The notes under the pieces are model-generated. The model was given only the letters and a program-made list of their open reading frames with translations, was not told the DNA's origin and did not search any database. A stretch of 64,000 bases of DNA from the human T2T-CHM13v2.0 reference genome, Homo sapiens. A program made the position numbers and the translations under genes. The stretch lies in the NCBI RefSeq assembly GCF_009914755.1, contig NC_060933.1; one strand, written 5' to 3'. Shown piece by piece: positions 27,101 through 42,400 of this stretch (within the stretch, counting starts at the first letter, position 1; each line of letters starts with the position of its first letter).

Positions 27101-30100
27101 GAATGCAATGGAATGGAATCATCCGGAATGGAATGGAATGGAATGGAATGGAATGGAATGGAATCAACCCGAGTGCAATGGAATGGAGTGTAATGGAATG
27201 CAATGGAAGGGAACAACCCGAATGGAATGGAATGTAATGGAGAGTAAGGGAGTTGAATAGAATCAATCCGAATGTAATGGAATGGAATGCAACGGAATGG
27301 AATGGAATGGAATGGAATGGAATGCAATGGAATGGAATCAACCGGAGTACAATGGAATGGAATGGAATGGAATGGAATGGAAAGGAATGGAATGATAAGG
27401 AATAGAATGGAATGGAACGAAATGGAATGGAATGGAATGGAATGGAATGGAATGGAATGGAATGGAATGGTTCCGAGTGGAATAGGAGGGAAAGTATTCG
27501 AGTGTAATGGAAAGGAATGGAATCAACCAGAGTGGAATGGAAGGGAATGGAATGGAATGGAAACTAATAGAATGGAATCAACCCGAGTGGAATGGAATGG
27601 AAAGGACTGGAATGGAATGGAATGGAATGGAATCAACTCGATTGCAATCGAATGGAATGGAATGGAATTAACCCGAATAGAATGGAATGGAATGGAATGG
27701 AACGGAACGGAATGGAATGGAATGGAATGGAATGGAATGGAATTGAACGGAACGGAATGGAATGGAATGGAATGGAATGGAATGGAATCAACGCGAGTAC
27801 AGGGGAATGGAATGGAATGGAATGCAATGGAATGGAATCTTCCGGAATGGAATGGAATGGAATGGAATGGAATGGAATGAAATGCAATGGATTCAACTCG
27901 ATTGCAATGGAATGGAATAGAATGGAATGGAATGGAATGGAATGGAATGGAATTAATCCGAATAGAATGGAATGGAATGGAAAGGAACAGAACGGATCGG
28001 AATGGAATGGAATGGAATGGAATGGTATGGAATGGAATGGAATGGTACGGAATAGAATGCAGTGGAACGAATTGCAATGGAATGGAATTGAATGGAATGG
28101 AATGGAATGCAATGGAATGGAATCAACGCGAGTGCAGGGGAATGTAATGGAACGGAATGCAATGGAATAGAATCATCCGCAATGGAATGGAATGGAATGG
28201 AATGGAATGGAATCAACCCGAGTGCAATGGAATGGAGTGGAATGGAATGGAATGGAATGGAACAACCCGAATGGAATGTAATGTAATGGAGAGTAAGGGA
28301 GTTGAATAGAATCAATCCGAATGTAAAGGAATGGAATGCAACGGAATGAAATGGAATGGAATGGAATGGAATGCAATGGAATGGAATGGAATGAAATGGA
28401 ATGGTATGGAATGGAATGGTACGGAATAGAATGGAATGGAACGAATTGTAATGGAATGGAATTGAATGGAATGGAATGGAATTGAATGGAATCAACGCGA
28501 GTGCAGGGGAATGTAATGGAACGGAATGCAATGGAATGGAATCATCCGGAATGGAATGGAATGGAATGGAATGGAATGGAATCAACCCGAGTGCAATGGA
28601 ATGGAGTGGAATGGAATGGAATGGAATGGAATGGAATGGAATGGAATGGAATGGAATCAACGCGAGTGCAGGGAAATGGAATGGAATGGAATGCAATGGA
28701 ATGGAATATTCCGGAATGGAATGGAATGGAATGGAATGGAATGGAATGGAATGGAATGGAATCAACCCGAGTGCAATGGAATGGAGTGGAATGGAATGGA
28801 ATGGAATGGAACAGCCCGAATGGAATGTAATGTAATGGAGAGTAAGGGAGTTGAATAGAATCAATCCGAATGTAAAGGAATGGAATGCACGGAATGAAAT
28901 GGAATGGAATGGAATGGAATGCAATGGAATGGAATCAACTCGAGTACAATGGAATGGAATGGAATGGAATTGAATGCAATGGAATGGAATCAACTCGAGT
29001 ACAATGGAATGGAATGGAATGGAATGGAATGGAATGGAATGGAATGGAATGGAATGGAATGGAATGGAATGGAATGGAATGGAATGGAATGCCTTCAAAC
29101 CGAATGGAATGGAAAGGAATGGAATCACCACGAGTGGAATGGAATGGAATGGAAAGGAATGGAATGGAATAGAATGGTACGGAATAGAATGGAATGGAAC
29201 GAACTGGAATGGAATGGAATGGAATGGAATGGAATGGAATGGAATGGAATGGAATAGTTCTGAGTGGAATAGGAGGGAATGTATTCGAGTGGAATGGAAA
29301 GGAATGGAATCAACCAGATTGGAATGGAAGGGAACGGAATGGAATGGAAACTAATAGAATGGAATCAACACGAGTGGAATGGAATGGAAAGGACTGGAAT
29401 GGAATGGAATGGAATGGAATTGAATGGAATCAACTACATTGTAAGGGAATGGAATGGAATGGAATGGAATGGAATTAACCCGAATACAATGGAATGGACT
29501 AGAATGGAACGGAATGGAGTGGAATGGAATGCAATCAACCCGAGTGCAGGGGAATGGAATGGAATGGAATGCAATGGAATGGAATCATCCGGAATGGAAT
29601 GGAATGGAATGGAATGCAAAGCAATGGAATCAACTCGATTGCAATGGAATGGAATGGAATGGAAAGGAATAGAACGGAATCAACCCGAGTGTAATGGAAT
29701 GGAAAGGACTGGAATGGAGTGGAATGGAATGGAATGGAATGGAATGGAATCAACTCGATTGGAATGGAATGGAATGGAATGGAAAGGAATGGAATGGAAT
29801 TAACACGAATAGAATGGAATGGAATGGAATGGAACGGAATGGAATGGAATGGAATGGAATGGAATCAACCCGACTGCAGGGGAATGGAATGGAATGGAAT
29901 GCAATAGAATGGAATCATCCGGAACGGAATAGAATGGAATGGAATGGAATCAACTCGATTGCAATCGAATGGAATGGAATGGAATTAACCCGAATAGAAT
30001 GGAATGGAATGGAATGGAAGGGAACGGAATGGAATGCAATGGAATGGAATGAAATGGAACGGAACGGAACGGAATGCAATGGAATGGAATGGAATGGAAT

Positions 30101-31450
30101 GGAATCAACGCGAGTGCAGGGGAATGGAATGGAATGGAATGCAATGGAATGGAATCTTCCGGAATGGAATGGAATGGAATGGAATGGAATGAAATGCAAT
30201 GGATTCAACTCGATTGCAATGGAATGGAATGGAATGGAATGGAATGGAACGGAATGGAACTGAACGGAATGGAATGGAATGGAATGGAATGGAATGGAAT
30301 GGTATGGAATGGAATGGAATGGTACGGAATAGAATGGAATGGAACGAATTGTAATGGAATGGAATTGAATGGAATGGAATGGAATGGAATGGAGTGGAAT
30401 CAACGCGAGTGCAGGGGAATGTAATGGAACGGAATGCAATGGAACGGAATCATCCGGAATGGAATGGAATGGAATGGAATGGAATGGAATCAACCCGAGT
30501 GCAATGGAATGGAGTGGAATGGAATGGAATGGAATGGAACAACCCGAATGGAATGGAATGTAATGGAGAGTAAGGGAGTTGAATAGAATCAATCCGAATG
30601 TAATGGAATGGAATGCAACGGATTGGAATGGAATGGAATGCAATGGAATAGAATCAACCCGAGTACAATGGAATGGAATCGAATGGAATGGAATGGAATG
30701 CCTTCAAACCGAATGGAATGGAAAGGAATGGAATCAACACGAGTGGAATGTAATGGAATGGAATGGAAGGGAATGGAATGGAATGGAATGGAATGATAAG
30801 GAACAGAATGGAATGGAACGAAATGGAATGGAATGGAATGGAATGGAATGGAATGGAATGGAATGGAATGGAATGGAATGGAATGGAATCGTTCCGAGTA
30901 GAATAGGAGGGAATGCATTCGAGTGGAATGGAAAGGAATGGAATCACCCAGAGTGGAATGGAAGAGAATGGAATGGAATGGAAACTAATAGAATGGAATC
31001 AACCCGAGTGGAATGGAATGGAAAGGACTGGAATGGAATGGAATGGAATGGAATGCAATGAAATCGAATGGAATCAACTCGATTGGAATGGAATGTAATG
31101 GAATGGAATGGAATGAAATGGAATGGAATCAACTCGATTGCAATGGAATGGAATGGAATGGAATGGAATGGAATGGAATGGAATGGAATGGAAACAACTC
31201 GATTGTAATGGAATGGAATGGAATGGAATGGAATGGAATGGAATGGAATGGAATTAACCCGAATAAAATGGAATGGAATGGAATGGAATGGAATGGAGTG
31301 GAATGGAATGGAATCAACCCGAGTGCAGGGGAATGGAATGGAATGGAATGCAGTGGAATGGAATCATCCGGAATGGAATGGAATGGAATGGAATGCAAAG
31401 CAATGGAATCAACTCGATTGCAATGGAATGGAATGGAATAGAAAGGAATA
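24200..31450 (-). repeat. ~4.75-kb-offset direct duplication (~24.2-26.6 kb copied at ~28.9-31.4 kb)
   Basis: CACCACGAG 24381/29126, CAACTACATTGTAA 24686/29431, GCCTTCAAACC 25950/30700 and GAAGAGAATG 26211/30961, all offset 4745-4750. Confidence 0.85.
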
Positions 31451-34400
31451 GAATGGAATCAACCCGAGTGTAATGGAATGGAAAGGACTGGAATGGAGTG
31501 GAATGGAATGGAATGGAATGGAATGGAATCAACTCGATTGGAATGGAATGGAATGGAATGGAATGGAATGGAATGCAATTAACCCGAATAGAATGGAATG
31601 GAATGGAATGGAACGGAATGGAATGGAATAGAATGGAATAGAATGGAATGGAATGGAATCAACCCGACTGCACGGGAATGGAATGGAATGGAATGGAATG
31701 GAATGGAATCATCCGGAACGGAATGGAATGGAATCGAATGGAATCAACTCGATTGCAATGGAATGGAATGGAATGGAATAGAATGGAATGGAATGGAATG
31801 GAATGGAATGGAATGGAATTCACCCGAATAGAATGGAATGGAATGGAATGGAAAGGAATGGAAGGGAAGGAAATGGAATGTAATCAACCCGAGTGCAGGG
31901 GAATGGAATGGAATGGAATGCAATGGAATGGAATCATCCGGAATGGAATCGAATGGAATGGAATTGAATGGAATGGAATGGAATGGTATCAACCCGAGTG
32001 CAGGGGAATGTAATGGAACGGAATGCAATGCAATGGAATCATCCGGAATGGAATGGAATTGAATGGAATGGAATGGAATCAACCCGAGTGCAATGGAATG
32101 GAGTGGAATGGAATGGAATGGAATGGAATCAATCATTCCGAGTGGAATGGAAGGGAATGTAATGGAGTGGAAAGAAGGGAATGGAATCAACCCGAGTGGA
32201 ATGCAAGGCAATGGAATGGAATGGAAAGGAATGGAATGGAATCAACTCGATTGCAATGGAATGGAATGGAATGGAATGGAATGGAATGGAATGGAATGGA
32301 ATGGAATGGAATGGAATTAACCGGAATAGAATGGAATGGAATGGAATGGAACGGAATGGAATGGAATGGAAGGGAATGGAATCAACACGAGAGCAGGGGA
32401 ATGGAATGGAATGGAATGCAATGGAATGGAATCATCCGGAATGGAATGGAATGGAATGGAATAAACTCCATTGCAATGGAATGGAATGGAATGGAATGGA
32501 ATAAAATGGAAAGGAATTAACCCGAATAGAATGGAATGCAATAGAATGGAATGCAACGGAACCGAATGGAGTGGAATGGAATGGAATGGAATCAACCCGA
32601 GTAAAGGGGAATGGAAAGGAATGGAAAGCAATGGAATGGAGTCATCCGTAATGGAATGGAAAGGAATGGAATGGAATGGAATGGAATGGAATGGAATGGA
32701 ATGGAATCAACTCGATGGCAATCGAATGGAATGGAATGGAATTAACCCGAATAGAATGGAATGCAATGGAATGGAACGGAACGGAATGGAATGGAATGGA
32801 ATGGAATTGAACGGAACGGAATGGAATGGAATGGAATAGAATTTAATCAACGCGAGTGCAGGGGAATGGAATGGAATGGAATGTAATGGAATGGAATCTT
32901 CCGGAATGGAATGGAATGGAATGGAATGGAATGAAAGGCAATGGATTCAACTCGATTGCAATGGAATGGAATAGAATGGAATGGAATTGAATGGAATGGA
33001 GTGGAATTGAATGGAATGGAATGCCTTCAAACCGAATGGAATGGAAAGGAATGGAATCAACACGAGTGGAAAGGAATGGAATGGAAAGGAATGGAATGGA
33101 ATGGAATGGTACAGAATAGAATGGAATGGAACGAACTGGAATCGAATGGAATGGAATGGAATGGAATGGAATGGAATCGTTCCGAGTGGAATAGGAGGGA
33201 ATGTATTCGAGTGGAATGGAAAAGAATGGAATCAACCAGAGTGGAATGGAAGGGAATGGAATGGAATGGAAACTAATAGAATGGAATCAACCCGAGTGGA
33301 ATGGAATGGAAAGGACTGGAATGGAATGGAATGGAATGGAATGGAATGGAATGGAATGGAATCAACTCGAGTAATGGAATGGAATGGAATGGAATGGAAT
33401 GGAATTAACCCGAATACAATGGAACGGAATGGAATGGAACAGAATGGAGTGGAATGGAATGGAATCAACCCGAGTGCAGGGGAATGGAATGGAATGGAAT
33501 GCAATGGAATGGAATCATCCGGAATGGAATGGAATGGAATGGAATGCAAAGCAATGGAATCAACTCGATTGCAATGGAATGGAATGGAATGGAAAGGAAT
33601 AGAATGGAATCAACCCGAGTGTAATGGAATGGAAAGGACTGGAATGGAGTGGAATGGAATGGAAAGGAATGGAATGGAATCAACTCGATTGGAATGGAAT
33701 GGAATGGAATGGAATGGAATGGAATGGAATAGAATTAACCCAAATAGAATGGAATGGAATGGAATGGAACGGAATGGAATGGAATGGAATGGAATGGAAT
33801 GGAATCAACCCGACTGCAGGGGAATGGAATGGAATGGAATGGAATGGAATGGAATGGAATCATCCGGAATGGAATGGAATGGAATGCAATGGAATGGAAT
33901 GGAATGGAATCAACCCGAGTGCAATGGAATGGAATCGAATGGAATGGAATGGAATGGAATTAACCCGAATAGAATGGAATGGAATGGAATGGAACGGAAC
34001 GGAATGGAATGGAATGGAATGGAATGGAATGGAACGGAACGGAATGGAATGGAATGGAATGGAATGGAATGGAATCAACGCGAGTGCAGGGGAATGGAAT
34101 GGAATGGAATGCAATGGAATGGAATCTTCCGGAATGGAATGGAATGGACTGGAATGGAATGAAATGCAATGGATTCAACTCGATTGCAATGGAATGGAAT
34201 AGAATGGAATGGAATGGAATTGAATGGAATTAATTCGAATAGAATGGAATGGAATGGAATGGAACGGAATGGAACGGAATGGAATGGAATGGAATGCAAT
34301 GGAATGGTATGGAATGGAATGCAATGGTACAGAATAGAATGGAATGGAACGAATTGTAATGGAATGGAGTTGAATGGAATGGAATGGAATGGAATGGAAT

Positions 34401-37339
34401 CAACGCGAGTGCAGGGGAATGTAATGGAACGGAATGCAATGGAATGGAATCATCCGGAATGGAATGGAATGGAATGGAATATAATGGAATGGAATGGAAT
34501 CAACCCGAGTGCAATGGAATGGAGTGGAATGGAATGGAATGGAATGGAACAACCCGAATGGAATGGAATGGAATGGAGAGTAAGGGAGTTGAATAGAATC
34601 AATCCGAATGTAATGGAATGGAATGCAACGGAGTGGAATGGAATGGAATGGAATGGAATGGAGTGCAATGGAATTGAATCAACCCGAGTACAATGGAATG
34701 GAATGGAATGGAATGGAATGGAATGGAATGATGCGGAATAGAATGGAATGGAACGAAATGGAATGGAATGGAATGGAATGGAATGGAATCGTTCTGAGTG
34801 GAATAGGAGGGAATGTATTCGAGTGGAATGGAAAGGAATGGAAAAAACCTGAGAGGAATGGAAGGGAATGGAATGGAATGGAAACTAATAGAATGGAATC
34901 AACCCGAGAGGAATGAAATGGAAAGGACTGGAATGGAATGGAATGGAATGGAATCAACTCGACTGTAATGGAATGGAATGGAATGGAATGGAATGGAATG
35001 GAATGGAATGGAATTAACCCGAATACAATGCAATGGAATGGAATGGAACGGAATGGAGTGGAATCGAATGGAATCAACCCGAGTGCAGGGGAATGGAATG
35101 GAATGGAATGCAATGAAATGGAATCATCCGGAATGGAATGGAATGGAATGGAATGCAAAGCAATGGAATCAACTCGATTGCAATGGAATGGAATGGAATG
35201 GAAAGGAATACATTGGAATCAACCCGAGTGGAATGGAATGGAAAGGACTGGAATGGAGTGGAATGGAATGGAATGGAATGGAATGGAATCAACTCGATTG
35301 GAATGGAATGGAATGGAATGGAATGGAATGGAATGGAATGGAATTAATCCGAATAGAATGGAATGGAATGGAATGGAACGGAACGGAATGGAATGGAATG
35401 GAATGGAATGGAATGGAATGGAATGGAAACAACCCGACTGCAGGGGAATGGAATGGAATGGAATGCAATGGAATGGATTCAACTTGAATGGAATGGAAAG
35501 AATGGAATCAACACGAGTGGAATGGCATGGATTGGAATGGAATGGAATGGAATCAACCCGAGTACAGGGGAATGGAATGGAATGGAATGCAACGGAATTT
35601 AATCATCCGTAATGGAATGGAAAGGAATGGAATGGAATGGAATGGAATGGAATGGAATGGAATCAACTCGATTGCAATCGAATGGAATGGAATGGAATTA
35701 ACCCGAATAGAATGGAATGGAATGGAACGGAACGGAACGGAACGGAACGGAATGGATTGGAATGGAATGGAATGGAATGGAACGGAACGGAACGGAATGG
35801 AATGGAATGGAATGGAATGGAATGGAATGGAATGGAATGGAATGGAATGGAATCAACACGAGTGCAGGGGAATGGAATGGAATGGAATGGAATGGAATGG
35901 AATCTTCCGGAATGGAATGGAATGGAATGGAATGGAATAAACCCGAGTGAAATGGAATGGAGTGGAATGGAATGGAATGGAATGGAACAACCCGAATGGA
36001 ATGGAATGTAATGGAGAGTAAGGGAGTTGAATAGAATAAATCCGAATGTAATGGAATGGAATGGAACGGAATGGAATTGAATGGAATGGAATGGAATGCA
36101 ATGGAATGGAATCAACCCGAGTTCAATGGAATGGAGAGGAATGGAATGGAATGGAATGGAAACTACCCGAATGGAATGGAATGGAATGGAGTGTAAGGGA
36201 ATTGAATAGAATCAATCCGAATGTAATGGAATGGAATGGAACGGAATGGAATGGAATGGAATGGAATGGAACGGAATGGAATGGAATGCAATGGAATGGA
36301 ATCAACCCGAGTGCAATCGAATGGAATCGAATGGAATGGAATGTAATGGAATGGATTCAACTTGAATGGAATGGAAAGAATGGAATCAACACGAGTGGAA
36401 TGGCATGGATTGGAATAGAATGTAATGGAATCAACCCGAGTACAGGGGAATGGAATGGAATGGAATGCAATGGAATGGAATCATCCGTAATGGAATGGAA
36501 AGGAATGGAATGGAATGGAATGGAATGGAATGGAATCAACTCGATTGCAATCGAATGAAATGGAATGGAATTAACCCGAATAGAATGGAATGGAATGGAA
36601 TGGAACGGAACGGAATGGAATGGAATGGAATGGAATGGAATGGAATGGAATGGAACGGAACGGAATGGAATGAAATGGAATGGAATGGAATGGAATGGAA
36701 CGGAAAGGAAGGGAATGGAATGGAATAGAATGGAATGGAATGGAATCAACGCGAGTGCAGGGGAATGGAATGGAATGGAATGCAATGGAATGGAATCTTC
36801 CGGAATGGTATGGAATGGAATGGAATGGAATGGAATGGAATGGAATGGAATCAACTCGATTGCAATGGAATGGAATAGAATGGAATGGAATGGAATTAAT
36901 CCGAATAGAATGGAATGGAATGGAATGGAACGGAATGGAACGGAATGGAATGGAATGGAATGGAATGGAATGGAATGGTATGGAATGGAGTGGAATGGTA
37001 CGGAATAGAATGGAATGGAACGAATTGTAATGGAATGGAATGGAATGGAATGGAATTGAATGGAATGGAATAAACGCGAGTGCAGGGAAATGTAATGGAA
37101 CGGAATGCAATGGAATGGAATCATCCGGAATGGAATGGAATGGAATGGAATGGAATGGAATGGAATGGAATGGAATCAACCCGAGTGCAATGGAATGGAG
37201 TGGAATGGAATGGAATGGAATGGAACAACCCTAATGGAATGGAATGTAATGGAGAGTAAGGGAGTTGAATAGAATCAATCCGAATGTAATGGAATGGAAT
37301 GCAACGGAATGGAATGGAATGGAATGGAATGGAATGGAA

Positions 37340-39430
37340 TGGAATGCAATGGAATTGAATCAACCCGAGTACAATGGAATGGAATGGAATGGAATGGAAT
37401 GGAATGGAATGATACGGAATAGAATGGAATGGAACGAAATGGAATGGAATGGAATGGAATGGAATGGAATGGAATGGAATGGAATGGAATGGAATCGTTC
37501 CGAGTGGAATAGGAGGGAATGTATTCGAGTGGAATGGAAAGGAATGGTATCAACCAGAGTGGAATGGAAGGGAATGGAATGGAATGGAAACTAATAGAAT
37601 GGAATCAACCCGAGTGGAATGGAATGGAAAGGACTGGAATGGAATGGAATGGAATGGAATCAACTCGATTGTAATGGAATGGAATGGAATGGAATGGAAT
37701 GGAATGGAATGGAATGGAATTAACCCGAGTACAATGGAATGGAATGGAACGGAACGGAATGGAGTGGAATGGAATGGAATCAACCCGAGTGCAGGGGAAT
37801 GGAATGGAATGGAATGCAATGGAATGGAATCATCCGGAATGGAATGGAATGGAATGGAATGCAAAGCAATGGAATCAACTCGATTACAATGGAATGGAAT
37901 GGAATGGAAGGGAATACATTGGAATCAACCCGAGTGGAATGGAATTGAAAGGACTGGAATGGAGTGGAATGGAATGGAATGGAATGGAATGGAATCAACT
38001 CGATTGGAATGGAATGGAATGGAATGGAATGGAATGGAATTAACCCGAATAGAATGGAATGGAATGGAATGGAACGGAACGGAACGGAATGGAATGGAAT
38101 GGAATGGAATGGAATGGAATCAACCCGAATGCAGGGGAATGGAATGGAATGGAATGCAATGGAATGGATTCAACTTGAATGGAATGGAAAGAATGGAATC
38201 AACACGAGTGGAATGGCATGGATTGGAATGGAATGGAATGGAATCAACCCGAGTACAGGGGAATGGAATGGAATGGAATGCAATGGAATGGAATCATCCG
38301 TAATGGAATGGAACGGAATGGAATGGAATGGAATGGAATGGAATAGAATGGAATGGAATCAACTCGATTGCAATGGAATGGAATGGAATGGAATGCAATG
38401 GAATTGAATCAACCTGAGTACAATGGAATGGAATGGAATGGAATGGAATGGAATGGAATGGAATGGAATGGAATGATACGGAATAGAATGGAATGGAACG
38501 AAATGGAATGGAATGGAATGGAATGGAATGGAATGGAATGGAATCGTTCCGAGTGGAATAGGAGGGAATGTATTCGAGTGGAATGGAAAGGAATGGTATC
38601 AACCAGAGTGGAATGGAAGGGAATGGAATGGAATGGAAACTAATAGAATGGAATCAACCCGAGTGGAATGGAATGGAAAGGACTGGAATGGAATGGAATG
38701 GAATGGAATCAACTCGATTGTAATGGAATGGAATGGAATGGAATGGAATGGAATTAACCCGAATAAAATGGAATGGAATGGAATGGAACGGAATGGAGTG
38801 AAATGGAATGGAATCAACCCGAGTGCAGGGGAATGGAATGGAATGGAATGCAATGGAATGGAATCATCCGAAATGGAATGGAATGGAATGGAATGCAAAG
38901 CAATGGAATCAACTCGATTGCAATGGAATGGAATGGAATGGAAAGGAATACATTGGAATCAACCCGAGTGGAATGGAATGGAAAGGACTGGAATGGAGTG
39001 GAATGGAATGGAATGGAATGGAATGGAATGGAATCAACTCGATTGGAAAGGAATGGAATGGAATGGAATGGAATTAACCCGAATAGAATGGAATGGAATG
39101 GAATGGAACGGAACGGAATGGAATGGAATGGAATGGAATGGAATGGAATGGAATGGAATGGAATCAACCCGACTGCAGGGGAATGGAATGGAATGGAATG
39201 CAATGGAATGGATTCAACTTGAATGGAATGGAAAGAATGGAATCAACACGAGTGGAATGGCATGGATTGGAATGGAATGCAATGGAATCAACCCGAGTAC
39301 AGGGGAATGGAATTGAATGGAATGCAATGGAATGGAATCATCCGTAATGGAATGGAATGGAAAGGAATGGAATGGAATGGAATGGAATGGAATAGAATGG
39401 AATGGAATCAACTCGATTGCAATCGAATGG
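37340..39430 (-). repeat. ~1.05-kb tandem duplication
   Basis: ATAGGAGGGAATGTATTCG 37509/38558 and TGGTATCAACCAGAG 37545/38594, both offset 1049. Confidence 0.8.
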
Positions 39431-42400
39431 AATGGAATGGAATTAACCCGAATAGAATGGAATGGAATGGAATGGAACGGAACGGAACGGAATGGAATGG
39501 ATTGGAATGCAATGGAATGGAATGGAATGGAACGGAAAGGAATGGAATGGAATGGAATGGAATGGAATGGAATGGAACGGAATGGAATCAACGCGAGTGC
39601 AGGGGAATGGAATGGAATGGAATGCAATGGAATGGAATCCTCCGGAATGGAATGGAATTGAATGGAACGGAATGGAATAAACCCGAGTGCAATGGAATGG
39701 AGTGGAATGGAATGGAATGGAATGGAACAACCCGAATGGAATGGAATGTAACGGAGAGTAAGGGAGTTGAATAGAATCAATCCAAATGTAATGGAATGGA
39801 ATGGAACGGAATGGAATTGAATGGAATGGAATGGAATGCAATGGAATGGAATCAACCCGAGTGCAATGGAATGGAGAGGAATGGAATGGAATGGAATGGA
39901 AACTACCCTAATGGAATGGAATGTAATGGAGTGTAAGGGAATTGAATAGAATCAATCCGAATGTAATGGAATGGAATGGAAGGGAATGGAATGGAATGGA
40001 ATGGAATGGAATGGAATGGAATGGAATGCAATGGAATGGAATCATCCGGAATGGAATGGAATGGAATGGAATGCAAAGCAATGGAATCAACTCGATTGCA
40101 ATGGAATGGAATGGAATGGAAAGGAATACATTGGAATCAACCCGAGTGGAATGGAATGGAAAGGACTGGAATGGAGTGGAATGGAATGGAATGGAATGGA
40201 ATGGAATCAACTCGACTGGAATGGAATGCAATGGAATGGAATGGAATTAACCCGAATAGAATGGAATGGAATGGAATGGAACGGAACGGAACGGAACGGA
40301 ATGGAATGGAATGGAATGGAATGGAATGGAATGGAATCAACCCGACTGCAGGGGAATGGAATGGAATGGAATGCAATGGAATGGATTCAACTTGAATGGA
40401 ATGGAAAGAATGGAATCAACACGAGTGGAATGGCATGGAATGGACTGGAATGGAATGGAATGGAATGGAATGGTACGGAATAGAATGGAAAGGAACGAAA
40501 TGGAATGGAATGAAATGGAATGGAATGGAATGGAATGGAATGGAATGGAATGGAATCAACCCGAGTGCAGGGGAATGGAATGGAATTGAAGGCAATGGAA
40601 TGGAATCATCCGGAATTGAATGGAATGGAATGGAATCAACTCGATTGCAATGGAATGGAATGGAATGGAATGGAATGGAATGGAATGGAATGGAATGGAA
40701 TGGAATTAACCCGAATAGAATGGAATGGAATGGAATCAACTCGATTGCAATGGAATGGAATGGAATGGAATGGAATGGAATGGAATGGAATGGAATTAAC
40801 CCGAATAGAATGGAATGGAATGGAATGGAATGGAAGTAAAAGGAATGGAAGGTAATGAACCCGAGTGCAGGGGAATGGAATGGAATGGAATGCAATGAAA
40901 TGGAGTCATCCGGAATGGAATGGAAAGGAATGGAATGGAACCAACCCGTGTGCAATGGAATTGAAAGGAATGGAATGGAATGGAATGGAATGGAATGGAA
41001 TGGAATGGAATGGATTCAACCCGAATGGAATGGAAAGGAAGGGAATCAACCCAAGTGGAATGGCATGGAATGGAATGGATTGGAATGGAATGGAATGGTA
41101 CCGAATGGAATGGAATGGAATGGTACCGAATAGAATGGAATGGAACGAAATGGAATGGAATGGAATGGAATGGAATGGAATGGAATGGAGTGAACACGTG
41201 TGCAATGGATTGGAATGGAATGGAATGGAATGGAATGGAATGGAATGGAATGGGTTCGACTCGAATGGAACGGAATGTAATGAAATCAACCCGAGTGGAA
41301 TGGCATGGAATGGAATGGAATGGAATGGAATGGAATGGAATGGAAACAACACGAGTGCAATGTAATGGAATCGAATGGAATGGAATGCAATGGATTCAAC
41401 CCGAATGGAATGGAAACGAATGGAATAAAACCGAGTGGAATGGCATGGAATGGAGTCTAATGGAATGGAATGGAATGGAATGGTATGGAATAGAATGGAA
41501 TGGAAAGAAATGGAATGGAATGGAATGGAATGAAATGAACCCGTGTGCAATGGAATGGAATGGAATGGAATGGATTCAACTCGAATGGAATGGAAAGGAA
41601 TGGAATCAACCCGAGTGGAATGGCATGGAATGGAATGGAATGGAATGGAATTAACCCTAATAGAATGGAATGGAATGGAATGGAATGGAATGGAATGGAA
41701 TGGAAGGAAATGGAATGGAATGGAATGGAATGGAATGGAATGGAATGGAAAGGAATGGTACGGAATAGAATGGAATGGAACGAAATGGAGTGGAATGGAA
41801 TGGAATGGGATGGAATGGAATGGAATGGAATCAACCCGAGTGCAGGGGAATGGAATGGAATGGAAGGCAATGGAATGACATCATTCGGAATTGAATGGAA
41901 TGGAATGGAATGGAATGGAATCAACTCGATTGGAATGGAATGGAATGGAATGGAATGGAATAGAATGGAATGGAATGGAAGTGAATGGAATGGAATGTAA
42001 TGAAACCGAGTGCAGGGGAATGGAATGGAATGGAATGCAATGGAATGGAGTCATCCGGAATGGAACGGAATGGAATGGAATGGAATCAACCCGAGTGCAA
42101 TGGAATGGAATGGAATGGAAAGGAATGGAATGGAATGGACTCAACCCGAATGGAATTGAAAGGAATGGAATCAACCCGAGAGGAATGGCATGGAATGGAA
42201 TGGAATGGAATGGAGTGGAATGGTACAGAATAGAATGTAATGGAACGAAATGGAATGGAATGGAATGGAATGGAATGGAATCATTCCGAGTGGAATAGAA
42301 GGGAATGTTTTCGAGTGGAATGAAAAGGAATGGAATCAACCAGAGTGGAATGGAATGGAATCGAGTGGAATGGAATGCAATCGAATGGAATGGAAAGGAA

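Larger units (their letters stand above)
22980..40420 (-). repeat. Second HSat3 subarray ('family B') with distinct words and irregular 1-5 kb duplications
   Basis: Words frequent here and absent or rare in the HOR core: GCCTTCAAACCG, ATAGGAGGGAATGTATTCG, GCAAAGCAATGG, GGAATACATTGG, GAACGAATTGTAA, GAGAGTAAGGGAGTTG. Confidence 0.8.
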
